Assembly: GCA_905182495.1 (NCBI GenBank)
Contig: CAJJBU010000004.1
Coordinates: 101,536-165,535 of the forward strand
Source: Flavobacteriales bacterium UBA952
Lineage (GTDB): Bacteria; Bacteroidota; Bacteroidia; Flavobacteriales_D; Crocinitomicaceae
Direction of reading: 5' to 3'
Length of the DNA: 64,000 nucleotides
This document shows, one piece after another, positions 36,480 to 45,960 of this stretch. Numbering within the stretch: the first letter of the stretch is position 1; every line of letters begins with the position of its first letter. Position numbers and translations under genes: made by a program. Under the pieces are notes generated by a model. The model did no database searches. It was given only the letters and a program-made list of their open reading frames with translations, and was not told the origin of the DNA.

Positions 36480-38819
36480 TTAGAATTTGTAACTCATTCC
36501 GAAACTTGGTAGTAATGGGAATTGATATATTTCCTCGTTGGTTACCCTGTTGACATAAAATATGTTTTTCCTACTGTAGGCATTTGTAACGCTAAAAACC
36601 ATTTCCAATATCGTTTTATTTTTGAATTTTATTTTCTTTTTAACGGTTATATCCAAACGGTGATAGTAGGGGAGTCGTTGGCTATTGAATTCACCTAATA
36701 TAGTTGAAACTGTATTGCTATTATTTGTATTGGGGTCCGATGTTACACCACCTGAGAAGTTTTCGGATTGGAAAAAACCTGCCGTTGGTGTGAACGGGAG
36801 CCCTGATCCTAAATTCCACCTCACGCTCATCTCAAAGTCTTTTTTATCTCCAAAGATATAGGACCCAACTATGTTTATGTTGTGGCGTCTATCGAAAACA
36901 GGATAATATTCATTAAACCCGTCCCATCTTACATTGTGACCATAGGAGTAAACACCCCATAAAAACAATCGATCTTTACTGTATTTAATGAGAAGATCGG
37001 CCCCCATGGATTGGCCAGATTCAATGATAAAGTCTTTTTTAAACACATCGTCAATCAGTTCAAAAGCAGCAACATCTTCGTATAATTTGTTCTGATTAAT
37101 GTTGCTAAGCTGAGAAAAATACTTGTAATAGCCCTCAAGGTTCACGGTGATGTTTTCCCCGAGATCAATTTCAACGCCAGCGATTCCATGCCATGCATAC
37201 TGAAGACCATTATTCACTTGTCTAGTCCCGCCAAATTCATTTACAAACTGGTCTTGAACATTTGTAGGCGCACTTAGAAGGCCATTGAATAGGTTGACAA
37301 TATCTTTGTCTGATGATGCAGATGTGAAATTTTGTGAAAATCGTCCTCCAGAAAACTTAAACCTGATGTTTTCACTAGCATTGTATTTTGCGGCTAATCT
37401 TGGTTCAAACGAGATGGTATTTAAGGAAGCATATAATTGAGCGCGTACACCTGTCTGAACAACCCATCTTTTAAAAATACCGCGATAGTTATAGTAAGCC
37501 CCAATTTCAGTTGTGAAATTCTCATCTTCAATTTTTCGGCCAACCTCATTATAGGTTGTGTATTTTGTATTGAAGCCATTTAAATTAAATCCATAATTCA
37601 TTTCACCTTCATCCTTAAGGAAATAGCTGAAGTCAAATCCTAAATCAAAACCACCAATACTTGATATTCTAGGTTCCTGCTCATTTTCTGTAAATGTGGT
37701 CTGAAAATTACTTCCATTGACATGACCACGAATGAAAATAGGTGAACCACTCGGAACGAGTAAGAAATTCATTCCACCTCCTGCTGCACTCCAATTTAAG
37801 TCAGCAATGGAATAGTTCACACTATCCTGGTTGCTAAAACCAAAGGCGCTAAATTTACTCCCCCCATCACCTGTAAAGGTTATTTTACCATAGAGATCTG
37901 TAAAGTTAAAAGGCAATCCATTTCCATCATTAATACCTGGATATAAGCTCTCTGAGGTTAAGTCTAACAAGCTTTTTTTTGCTGAAAAAATATACGAACC
38001 AGCCCGAGGTGAATCTCCTTGCTTTTTCCCCAATGGGCCTTCAAGAACCAATTTCGCTAAAAATGGAGAAACAGATGTTTTCCCAGCGAATTTTTTTCTG
38101 TTACCATCGCGGTAGGTTATATCCATAATAGATGAAATTCGACCTCCATACTTGGATTCAAACCCTCCAGTATAAATATCAACGTTTTTAATGAGCTCGG
38201 TTTCAAAAATGGAGAAGAACCCGATGGAATGGAATGGGTTATAAATAGTCATACCATCCAAGAGAATCTTATTTTGAATAGGTGTACCACCACGTACATA
38301 AAGTTGACCACCTTGATCACCTGTCGTTATGACGCCAGGCGTAACAGAAAAAGCGCCTACAATATCATTTTCAGCCCCATAACTAGGGATACGCTCAAGT
38401 CCTTCTTTACTAATTTTTAATTTAGAGATTTCAATTTTAGTTCGCTTTGTTTTGCTTTCAGCTGATACTCTGACTTCATCAAATTGCTGAATTGATTCAA
38501 GCATCTTAAGCTCGAATTTCACATCTGTAATATTGTTTTTTTTAGTTAAGTCGATAGTTTTAAATTGCACTTCATATTTGAAGTTTTCAACCTTAATGAG
38601 GTATAATTTGTTTTCAAGTTTAGGTATTTGGAAAAAACCATTAAGATCCGAAATAGCCCCAGCAACGGTCGTGCTGTCAGGGTTTAAAATTTTGACTTTT
38701 TCATAAGCCATAGGTTCCCCATTGGATTGGTCATATATAAATCCTCTCACCGTTTTAGACTGCGCAATCAACTGGTTTGAAACAAAAAGAAAAGAAAGAC
38801 AAATAAGAAGTATTTTCAT
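36480..38819 (-). CDS. TonB-dependent receptor-like outer-membrane protein with carboxypeptidase-regulatory-like domain
   Basis: Signal peptide, CarboxypepD_reg-like N-terminus (VRGFIYDQSNGEPMAYEKVKI), plug, barrel and a terminal ...SYKF. It is a paralogue type of 13988..16612. Confidence 0.75.
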   Translation of the reverse strand: MKILLICLSFLFVSNQLIAQSKTVRGFIYDQSNGEPMAYEKVKILNPDSTTVAGAISDLNGFFQIPKLENKLYLIKVENFKYEVQFKTIDLTKKNNITDVKFELKMLESIQQFDEVRVSAESKTKRTKIEISKLKISKEGLERIPSYGAENDIVGAFSVTPGVITTGDQGGQLYVRGGTPIQNKILLDGMTIYNPFHSIGFFSIFETELIKNVDIYTGGFESKYGGRISSIMDITYRDGNRKKFAGKTSVSPFLAKLVLEGPLGKKQGDSPRAGSYIFSAKKSLLDLTSESLYPGINDGNGLPFNFTDLYGKITFTGDGGSKFSAFGFSNQDSVNYSIADLNWSAAGGGMNFLLVPSGSPIFIRGHVNGSNFQTTFTENEQEPRISSIGGFDLGFDFSYFLKDEGEMNYGFNLNGFNTKYTTYNEVGRKIEDENFTTEIGAYYNYRGIFKRWVVQTGVRAQLYASLNTISFEPRLAAKYNASENIRFKFSGGRFSQNFTSASSDKDIVNLFNGLLSAPTNVQDQFVNEFGGTRQVNNGLQYAWHGIAGVEIDLGENITVNLEGYYKYFSQLSNINQNKLYEDVAAFELIDDVFKKDFIIESGQSMGADLLIKYSKDRLFLWGVYSYGHNVRWDGFNEYYPVFDRRHNINIVGSYIFGDKKDFEMSVRWNLGSGLPFTPTAGFFQSENFSGGVTSDPNTNNSNTVSTILGEFNSQRLPYYHRLDITVKKKIKFKNKTILEMVFSVTNAYSRKNIFYVNRVTNEEIYQFPLLPSFGMSYKF

Positions 38820-38884
38820 AGTAAGGTGATGTAGGGTGCAAATTTAGTGAATTGTTTGCAATCTTTAGTGGCCTATTAAATAAC

Positions 38885-38892
38885 TAACTTTG
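38885..38892 (+). promoter_or_regulatory. candidate -7 box (TAACTTTG) upstream of the OsmC-family gene
   Basis: It matches TAnnTTTG, 38 nt upstream of the ATG at 38930. Confidence 0.3.
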
Positions 38893-38929
38893 GTATTTGC
38901 TTAAAAAAAACAACTAATGGAATATAGCT

Positions 38930-39334
38930 ATGGAATTAAATAGAATTGAAGAACCTTATGTATTTGAACTCAATGATTCTAATGACCTAAAATTGATTAT
39001 GGATTCTTCCGCAAGTTTAGAAGGTAAGAATCGAGGGATGACACCAATGCAATTGCTATTAGGAGCACTTATGGGGTGTATGTCAATTGATGTCATGTTG
39101 GTGTTAAAAAAGCAAAAAATGTCACCGAAAACTTATAAAGTGACTGTAGATGCCATTAAGAAAGAGGGTGTTCCTACGCCTTATGATCGGATTCATTTTC
39201 GTATTTACATTGATAAGGATATAGATTTGAAACGCGTAAATAGAGCTGTGGATCTATCTCTGAATAAGTATTGTTCCGTGAGAGCGAGCTTACATCCTGA
39301 CATCGCTATTAGTTATGAGGTGTTTGGCATCTAA
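38930..39334 (+). CDS. OsmC-family peroxiredoxin-like protein
   Basis: Size (134 aa) and the two conserved Cys contexts (LLGALMGCMSIDV and NKYCSV) fit OsmC/Ohr. Confidence 0.75.
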   Translation: MELNRIEEPYVFELNDSNDLKLIMDSSASLEGKNRGMTPMQLLLGALMGCMSIDVMLVLKKQKMSPKTYKVTVDAIKKEGVPTPYDRIHFRIYIDKDIDLKRVNRAVDLSLNKYCSVRASLHPDIAISYEVFGI

Positions 39335-40281
39335 GAAAATAAGGAGTCTACAAAGGCCTTTTTATCAAATAGTTGTAAATCTTCCATTTGTTCTCCAACA
39401 CCAATGTATTTGACAGGTATATTCATTTGATCTGAGATACCAATGATTACACCACCTTTGGCAGTTCCGTCTAACTTTGTAACCGCGAGGGCGTTAATGT
39501 CAGTTGCTAATGAAAATTGCTTGGCTTGTTCAAATGCATTTTGGCCTGTCGATCCGTCAATGACTAACAGAATCTCATGGGGTGCATTGGGAACGACCTT
39601 ATCCATTACTCTTTTGATCTTATTCAACTCGTTCATCAAGTTTACCTTGTTGTGTAATCTTCCTGCGGTATCAATGATCACGACATCTGCATTTTGGGAC
39701 TTTGCCGATTGTAATGTGTCAAAGGCAACGCTCGCTGGGTCTGCACCCATACCTTGCTGAACAATAGGAACCCCGACCCTTTCCGACCAGATAATCAGTT
39801 GGTCCACAGCGGCAGCTCGAAAAGTATCCGAAGCTCCCAAGATTACTTTTTTTCCTGCGGACTTAAATTGATGGGCAAGCTTGCCTATCGTTGTTGTTTT
39901 GCCAACGCCATTAACTCCCACCACCATAATTACATAAGGCTCTTTCCCTTCTTGAGGTTGGTTATCTGCTTTTGATTCAGATGGCGTATTTTCTAAAAGT
40001 TTTGCAATTTCTTCTTTAAGTATATTTTGTAGTTCATCGGTTCCTAATACCTTGTCTTTTTTGACACGGTTTTCAATCTGACCAATAATTTTTAATGTGG
40101 TTTCTACGCCAACGTCAGAAGAGATGAGAACTTCTTCCAGCTCATCAAGAACTTCCTCATCAACTGTTGATTTACCAACAATAGTTCTTGCTATTTTGGA
40201 TAGAAATGAGGTCTTTGTTTTTTGCAACCCTTTATCGAGAGTTTCCTTTTTTGGTTTAGAAAAGAAATCAAAAAGTCCCAT
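39331..40281 (-). CDS. ftsY: signal recognition particle receptor FtsY
   Basis: GVNGVGKTTTIGKLA, DTFRAAA, DTAGRLH and TKLDGTAKGG. Confidence 0.95.
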   Translation of the reverse strand: MGLFDFFSKPKKETLDKGLQKTKTSFLSKIARTIVGKSTVDEEVLDELEEVLISSDVGVETTLKIIGQIENRVKKDKVLGTDELQNILKEEIAKLLENTPSESKADNQPQEGKEPYVIMVVGVNGVGKTTTIGKLAHQFKSAGKKVILGASDTFRAAAVDQLIIWSERVGVPIVQQGMGADPASVAFDTLQSAKSQNADVVIIDTAGRLHNKVNLMNELNKIKRVMDKVVPNAPHEILLVIDGSTGQNAFEQAKQFSLATDINALAVTKLDGTAKGGVIIGISDQMNIPVKYIGVGEQMEDLQLFDKKAFVDSLFS

Positions 40282-40290
40282 ATAATTGTA

Positions 40291-40314
40291 AAAAAAAAGC
40301 TCCCATTGGAAGCT
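40291..40314 (-). terminator. rho-independent terminator after the rpmB-rpmG-DUF4295 operon
   Basis: On the minus strand an AGCTTCC-AATG-GGAGCT hairpin (one bulge) is followed by T8. Confidence 0.65.
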
Positions 40315-40335
40315 TAATTATTTTTTAAATATGAT

Positions 40336-40491
40336 TTAGCTTTTGCTAAACCAATCTTTAACTTTATCGTTATGAACAATTCCTTCTTTGAAGGAGTATG
40401 CCCCAGTCTTATCAGACTTAATCATCTTAATTACTTTGGTGTGCTCTTTTCCGCCACCTTTCTGTAAACTTGCAACTACTTTCTTTGCCAT
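40336..40491 (-). CDS. DUF4295-family small protein
   Basis: Not in the ORF track (51 aa). My translation is MAKKVVASLQKGGGKEHTKVIKMIKSDKTGAYSFKEGIVHNDKVKDWFSKS*. It sits directly after rpmG, the usual position of this family in Bacteroidota. Confidence 0.75.
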   Translation of the reverse strand: MAKKVVASLQKGGGKEHTKVIKMIKSDKTGAYSFKEGIVHNDKVKDWFSKS

Positions 40492-40497
40492 AACAAA

Positions 40498-40683
40498 TTA
40501 TTTAATTTCTTTATGAATTGTGTATTTTTTCATAATAGGATTGAATTTTTTAATTTCCATTCTATCCGGAGTGTTTTTTCTATTCTTGGTCGTAATATAA
40601 CGAGAGGTACCAGCCATACCTGAGTTCTTATGCTCTGTACACTCTAAAATTACTTGGACTCTATTTCCTTTGCTCTTAGCCAT
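40498..40683 (-). CDS. rpmG: 50S ribosomal protein L33
   Basis: [49 protein letters not shown]... is typical L33. Confidence 0.95.
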   Translation of the reverse strand: MAKSKGNRVQVILECTEHKNSGMAGTSRYITTKNRKNTPDRMEIKKFNPIMKKYTIHKEIK

Positions 40684-40708
40684 TTCGATTGATTTTGTCT
40701 TTTATCGC

Positions 40709-40945
40709 TTATTTTAAATATCCTTTCAAACGTGCTTCCTTAATGCAAGCAGAAATTCCTTTTTTATTAATCGTTCTCAAAGCAGAAGTTGCTACTTTCA
40801 AGGTTATAAAAGAATCTTCTTCTGGAAGATAAAATTTCTTAGTAACCAAGTTCGGATAGAAGCGACGTTTAGTTCTTCTCTTGGAATGAGAAACATTGTT
40901 CCCAACCATAACTGATTTTCCGGTAAGTTGACAAATCCTTGACAT
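40709..40945 (-). CDS. rpmB: 50S ribosomal protein L28
   Basis: [33 protein letters not shown]... is typical L28. The start is the ATG at 40945, and the track extension to 40990 is unsupported. Confidence 0.95.
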   Translation of the reverse strand: MSRICQLTGKSVMVGNNVSHSKRRTKRRFYPNLVTKKFYLPEEDSFITLKVATSALRTINKKGISACIKEARLKGYLK

Positions 40946-41065
40946 ATGCTTGACGTTTGAGTACGTTATTAATGTAAAAAGCGAGCGCAAAGAAACACTT
41001 ATTTCGGGAATAAAGCAAATAAAAAGAATAAATTATAATACTTTTTTTAGCTTTTAAATCGACGC

Positions 41066-41971
41066 TTATTCCATTGCGTTTCTTGGGTGAAAGCTCAATA
41101 TAGCATCTTTTAAAAAACTTTGGTCAAGATGGGTATAGATTTCTGTGGTAATAATTGATTCATGACCCAACATGTCTTGTATGGCTCTAAGGTTGGCCCC
41201 TCCTTCAATTAGGTGCGTTGCAAAGCTGTGGCGAAAGGTATGAGGGGAGATGACTTTTTGCAATTCTATTCGTTGTGCTAAATCTTTAACAATGACAAAA
41301 ATCATAACGCGGGTGAGTTGCTTGCCTCTGCGGTTTAAAAAAATAAAGTTTTCATGACCGGGCTTGATTTCCAATTTTGAACGAAAATCCTTTTTATAGG
41401 CGTCTATTTCTATTTCGACACTTTTACTAAGGGGGACCAATCGTTCCTTATTCCCTTTACCAATTACTCTTATAAACCCTTCGTCGTAAAAAAGGTCTGT
41501 AAATTTTAGATTGGTTAATTCACTCACCCTTAGTCCGCAACTATATAAAACCTCTAAAATAGCTCTGTTTCTTTGGCCTTCTTTCCGACTTAAATCTATA
41601 GCGGCTATTAACGCATCAACTTCTTCTATTGAAAGAACCTCCGGAAGCTTTCTTCCAATTCTTGGCTGCTCAAGTATTTCGCTAGGGTCAAGCGTAATTA
41701 GGTTCTCGATAATGAGGTAACTGAAGAACTGTTTTATTCCTGAAATGATTCGGGCTTGAGAACGAGCGCTCAAACCAAGGTCATACAGTTCGGTAATAAA
41801 TGTTTGTAAATGACGGTATTCAACATCTTTTACTTTTAATTCTTGCTCAGAACAATAGTTTAATAACTTGTTCACATCATTTTGATAGGCTAAAATTGAA
41901 TTGGCCGACAGACCCTTTTCGATTTTTAGGTATGAAACAAATTCATTAATATAGCGACTCCAATTAGACAC
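41066..41971 (-). CDS. xerD: site-specific tyrosine recombinase XerD
   Basis: N-terminal SAM-like domain and a catalytic region with ...GLRVSEL..., HTFRHSFATHLIEGGANLRAIQDMLGHESIITTEIYTHL. Confidence 0.85.
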   Translation of the reverse strand: MSNWSRYINEFVSYLKIEKGLSANSILAYQNDVNKLLNYCSEQELKVKDVEYRHLQTFITELYDLGLSARSQARIISGIKQFFSYLIIENLITLDPSEILEQPRIGRKLPEVLSIEEVDALIAAIDLSRKEGQRNRAILEVLYSCGLRVSELTNLKFTDLFYDEGFIRVIGKGNKERLVPLSKSVEIEIDAYKKDFRSKLEIKPGHENFIFLNRRGKQLTRVMIFVIVKDLAQRIELQKVISPHTFRHSFATHLIEGGANLRAIQDMLGHESIITTEIYTHLDQSFLKDAILSFHPRNAME

Positions 41972-41974
41972 AAG

Positions 41975-42385
41975 ATGAAATTAGCAATAATAAACGGGCC
42001 AAATTTAAATCTCTTAGGTTCAAGAGAACCTTCTGTTTATGGATCCGAAAGTTTTGAAAGCTATATTGAGGGGGTGAAACAAAGGTGGAATGTTGAATTG
42101 CATTATTTCCAATCGAATATCGAAGGAACAATAATAGATGAACTTCAAAACCTAAATTGTGATGGAATCATTTTAAACGCTGGTGGGTATACACATACAA
42201 GCGTAGCGATTAGAGATTGTATTTCTTCAATTTCAACTCCTGTTGTAGAGGTTCATATTTCGAATATTTATGCACGTGAGTCCTTTCGCCATGAGTCATT
42301 GTTAGCACCGGTTTGTGAAGGAAGTATTGTCGGACTTGGTCTATTTGGTTATGACCTCGCCATTTCTTTTTTCATGAAAAAATGA
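41975..42385 (+). CDS. aroQ: type II 3-dehydroquinate dehydratase
   Basis: IINGPNLNLLGSREPSVYG, NAGGYTHTSVA and EVHISNIYARESFRH. Confidence 0.95.
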   Translation: MKLAIINGPNLNLLGSREPSVYGSESFESYIEGVKQRWNVELHYFQSNIEGTIIDELQNLNCDGIILNAGGYTHTSVAIRDCISSISTPVVEVHISNIYARESFRHESLLAPVCEGSIVGLGLFGYDLAISFFMKK

Positions 42386-42424
42386 ACTTTTTAATATCAT
42401 GGATGTACGGAAAGGAAAAAACAT

Positions 42425-43585
42425 ATGAAAAGTTTCCTTCTCTGTACACTTATAGGTTCATCATTACTAACACCTATAATCGATCAACTAAAACCTGTTG
42501 AAAATCAAGAGTCAACAATAGATTCTAAGGTAAAAACTTCTCGAAAAATCCAATTGGTTATTTTATTTGACACCTCTAATAGTATGGATGGACTCCTTGA
42601 TCAAGCGAAGTCACGTCTTTGGGAAATTGTCAACGAATCTGGTTCGCTGAGGTATAATGGTCAAACCCCAACGCTAGAGATAGCGATGTATGATTATGGT
42701 AATTCGGGGATTAGCAATACGAATTTTGTACGAAAACAGCTCGATTTCACTTCGGATCTTGATCTTGTGTCGCAAAAATTATTTGGTTTAAGAACCAACG
42801 GGGGAGATGAATATTGTGGTGCCGTAATTAAAGATGCTCTTTTGGAGTTGAATTGGTCGGCGGACTCAAAAGATTTAAAAATGATATATATCGCAGGTAA
42901 TGAGCCCTTTAATCAGGGGCCTGTTGATTTCAAGGAGGTTTGTGTTGTTGCTAAAAGTAAGGATGTTATTGTAAACACGATTTATTGCGGCGAACGGAAT
43001 AGAGGGGTGCGCGAATTCTGGAAAGAAGGGGCTACGTGTTCCATGGGAGACTATTTTAATATCAACTCGGATCGAGAAGTGGTGTTTATTCCAACTCCTT
43101 ACGATGATGAAATCAATCGATATAGCGAAAAGATAAACACAACTTATGTGACTTATAATGGATTGGGTGCGAGTAGAAAGAAGATGCAGGTTGAGCAAGA
43201 TGAAAATTCACTAGATCAAAGTCCTTCCGTAGCAAACATGCGTGCGAAAGCTAAAATTTCTTCAAATTACACCAATAGCAATTGGGACCTAGTTGATGCA
43301 TACATTGCAGATTCCACGGTTCTATTTAAATTAAAAAATAAAGAATTACCAGAGGAGCTTAAAGGAAAGACAACGGAGGAATTACAAGCACATGTGAAGC
43401 TAAAGCAAACAGAAAGGAAGGAGATTAAGTCTAAAATATCAGAATTAAGTGTGAAACGCGAAGCCTTTATTAAGAAGAAGAAAGAAGAAGCGAATACCCT
43501 TGAAACAGATGATTTAGGTACTGCGATAAACCAGAGCATCATGACTAAAGCGATTGATCTTGGTTTTGAAAAATCAGTGCAGTAG
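42425..43585 (+). CDS. secreted VWA domain-containing protein with K/E-rich coiled-coil C-terminus
   Basis: Signal peptide, MIDAS-like ILFDTSNSMDG and NGGDEYCG. The C-terminus is charged and helical (KLKQTERKEIKSKISELSVKREAFIKKKKEE). Confidence 0.65.
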   Translation: MKSFLLCTLIGSSLLTPIIDQLKPVENQESTIDSKVKTSRKIQLVILFDTSNSMDGLLDQAKSRLWEIVNESGSLRYNGQTPTLEIAMYDYGNSGISNTNFVRKQLDFTSDLDLVSQKLFGLRTNGGDEYCGAVIKDALLELNWSADSKDLKMIYIAGNEPFNQGPVDFKEVCVVAKSKDVIVNTIYCGERNRGVREFWKEGATCSMGDYFNINSDREVVFIPTPYDDEINRYSEKINTTYVTYNGLGASRKKMQVEQDENSLDQSPSVANMRAKAKISSNYTNSNWDLVDAYIADSTVLFKLKNKELPEELKGKTTEELQAHVKLKQTERKEIKSKISELSVKREAFIKKKKEEANTLETDDLGTAINQSIMTKAIDLGFEKSVQ

Positions 43586-43613
43586 TTACCTGTAATTGTG
43601 TTACTTTCGCATT

Positions 43614-44438
43614 ATGGACGCGATTGTAAAGTACTTTGAAAGTATTGACCCTGTTTTAGCGGCGCTTTTGGCTACGACATTTACGTGGTTAGTAACTGCA
43701 ATGGGTGCTTCTTTGGTGTTCTTTTTTAAATCCATGCACAGAGCTGTTCTTGATGGAATGCTAGGATTTACAGGTGGTGTAATGGTTGCTGCCAGTTTTT
43801 GGTCCTTGCTTAATCCCTCAATAGAGCTCTCAGAGAGAATGTATCCTAATATGGTTTGGATGCCTGCCGCTGTTGGTTTTTTAGGTGGAGCGCTATTTCT
43901 TTTTTTCTTGGACAAGAGCCTGCCTCACCTTCATATTAACTTTAAAGAATCTGAAAAGGAAGGCGTTAAAACGCAATTTCATAAAACGACATTACTTGTG
44001 TTAGCGATAACGCTACATAATATTCCTGAAGGCTTGGCGGTTGGTATTTTATTTGGAGCCTCTGCCCATGGAATTGAAGGGGCTTCGATTGCTGGCGCAG
44101 TTACCCTGGCCATCGGTATTGGCATACAGAATTTCCCAGAAGGATTTGCTGTAGCTATGCCTTTGAGAAGGATAGGGGTAAGTCGCTTCAAGAGCTTTTG
44201 GTATGGTCAGTTATCCGCAATTGTAGAGCCTATAGCAGGGGTTTGTGGGGCGTTGGCTGTGATTTATATGGAACCTATCTTGCCATTCGCATTGGCGTTT
44301 GCAGCGGGGGCCATGATTTTTGTTGTTGTTGAGGAGGTTATCCCAGAAACGCAAAGAGATAAATATACCGATATCGCCGTATTAGGCTTTATTGGTGGTT
44401 TTTTGGTGATGATGATTCTCGATGTTTCCCTTGGCTAA
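43614..44438 (+). CDS. ZIP-family divalent metal transporter (ZupT-like)
   Basis: It has multiple TM helices and the HNIPEGLAVG and QNFPEGFAV motifs. I prefer the ATG at 43614 to the TTG at 43596. Confidence 0.85.
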   Translation: MDAIVKYFESIDPVLAALLATTFTWLVTAMGASLVFFFKSMHRAVLDGMLGFTGGVMVAASFWSLLNPSIELSERMYPNMVWMPAAVGFLGGALFLFFLDKSLPHLHINFKESEKEGVKTQFHKTTLLVLAITLHNIPEGLAVGILFGASAHGIEGASIAGAVTLAIGIGIQNFPEGFAVAMPLRRIGVSRFKSFWYGQLSAIVEPIAGVCGALAVIYMEPILPFALAFAAGAMIFVVVEEVIPETQRDKYTDIAVLGFIGGFLVMMILDVSLG

Positions 44439-44444
44439 AATTTT

Positions 44445-45293
44445 CTAACCTGCTATCCGAATCCAATAAGATCCTCCGTGTTTTTCAACGGTTCTTAAAT
44501 TTTCGTGTTCCCAAATCGGCGCCAGTTTTCCTGAAAGTTCCTTGTCTTCGAAAATGAAATAATTCGGCATGATCGTTACGTACTTTTTCGGGTTTGCGAG
44601 GATGTACATCGCTAAACCATATTGCTCTGAATAGAAGCGATCGCACATGAACTGCGGATAATCATAAGGTAGGTATATATCATGGATATGCACAATGACC
44701 CCTTTTTTGAGTCTGGGAAGGATTTCCATGAAAAAAACCATTGCGTCAGAATTTGGTAAAATACGATGCGAATTATCTACGAAAAGAATATCATTCTCAT
44801 CTAAATCTTCAATTATTTTAAGGTCAATATTTTCAAAGGGTTCCCGGATGACTTGGTCTGCTAGGCTATCTATTTCTGCACGAGGTTTTGGATCAATTGA
44901 GATGATTCTTGTATTCAGTTCCTGTTCTTGTTTCGCTTTAAAGGCAACTTTTGTTGAGTTACCGGACCCTATTTCAATGTATTTTTTTGGTTTATTTATC
45001 GCTAACATTGTGTAGATTCCAATGATGTCCATACCCGGTAAAAATCCATTATTCCAACCCGGTTTAATCGAATCGGTTTCTTTTTCGGAAGTTTGAATTT
45101 GCCATATGTTCTCTTTGAAACTTAATGCATTTTCGATGACGGTATGGTAGGACTTTCTATTGGCATTGATTAATTCATAGAGCTCTTTGTGGGGTGGTTT
45201 TCCAAAACCATATCTAGGTTTGAATTCGACCTTGTACTCCAAGAATAGATTTTGATATTTAGTACTTAGGAATCTGTATAATTGTTTGATCAT
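44445..45293 (-). CDS. class I SAM-dependent methyltransferase-like protein
   Basis: Glycine-rich motif I YIEIGSGNST and an acidic loop (SIDP). There is a further VDNSH...HIHD pattern. The substrate is unknown. Confidence 0.55.
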   Translation of the reverse strand: MIKQLYRFLSTKYQNLFLEYKVEFKPRYGFGKPPHKELYELINANRKSYHTVIENALSFKENIWQIQTSEKETDSIKPGWNNGFLPGMDIIGIYTMLAINKPKKYIEIGSGNSTKVAFKAKQEQELNTRIISIDPKPRAEIDSLADQVIREPFENIDLKIIEDLDENDILFVDNSHRILPNSDAMVFFMEILPRLKKGVIVHIHDIYLPYDYPQFMCDRFYSEQYGLAMYILANPKKYVTIMPNYFIFEDKELSGKLAPIWEHENLRTVEKHGGSYWIRIAG

Positions 45294-45457
45294 TACTTGC
45301 AGTTCGTTCTTTTAAAGTGAAAAAGAGTTTTACAAGTGCAAAGATAGATAAGATAATACAATAGAAATAAAATCTAAGTGCTTTTGGTCTGGAATTATTC
45401 GCAATGCGATAATGAGCAATTCAATTTATATGTTTTTAAAGATTTATCAGCGTGATA

Positions 45458-45703
45458 TTATCCTTCCTTTAAGTCACTTGTTGATGAAAAATTCTTTTTT
45501 TCAAAATCTAATACAGCTTGTGCAAACTCAAACTCAGAGTTTTTTGTGGAATTGAGACCTTCCCTCTTTTGTGTTTGATGTTTTTCATTGATTGCTTTTA
45601 TTGGCATTGCCAAATTTGAATCATCGTTTAATAACGACAACTTTGAAAATAGATCTAAGTAGGTCGAGTAAACCTTTAGATCTTGGAGAGTATGTTTGTT
45701 CAT
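45458..45703 (-). CDS. hypothetical protein
   Basis: 81-aa ORF with no recognisable motif. It is flanked by long AT-rich intergenic regions and preceded by an 18-bp palindrome. Confidence 0.35.
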   Translation of the reverse strand: MNKHTLQDLKVYSTYLDLFSKLSLLNDDSNLAMPIKAINEKHQTQKREGLNSTKNSEFEFAQAVLDFEKKNFSSTSDLKEG

Positions 45704-45742
45704 TTATTTCATAGTTCTTTTTGTTTATTCATACTATGATTC

Positions 45743-45760
45743 ATTCACTTGCAAGTGAAT
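45743..45760. repeat. 18-bp perfect palindrome ATTCACTTGCAAGTGAAT
   Basis: Read directly from the sequence. It lies 40 nt upstream of the start of 45458..45703 in a 257-nt intergenic region. Confidence 0.9.
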
Positions 45761-45960
45761 TGGTAAAACGACAAATTATTGTTTCGTTTTGTTTATGTTT
45801 AGACGTTTAAATTACAATTCAGTTTCAAGAAACACCTTATAATATGTCATATTTAATATTTCGTTAACATTGTCGGCAGACTATTCTTAAACTAGTCTTC
45901 TGTAAGACAGTTGTTTAAGATTACTTTTGTTAAAGGAATCAAGAATCAGAGAGAATTGTT

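Noticed and set aside
41066-41971. A tyrosine recombinase as a marker of an integrated mobile element.
   Set aside because: The sequence and length fit housekeeping XerD. It is flanked by aroQ and ribosomal protein genes. I saw no flanking direct repeats, tRNA target or cargo genes.
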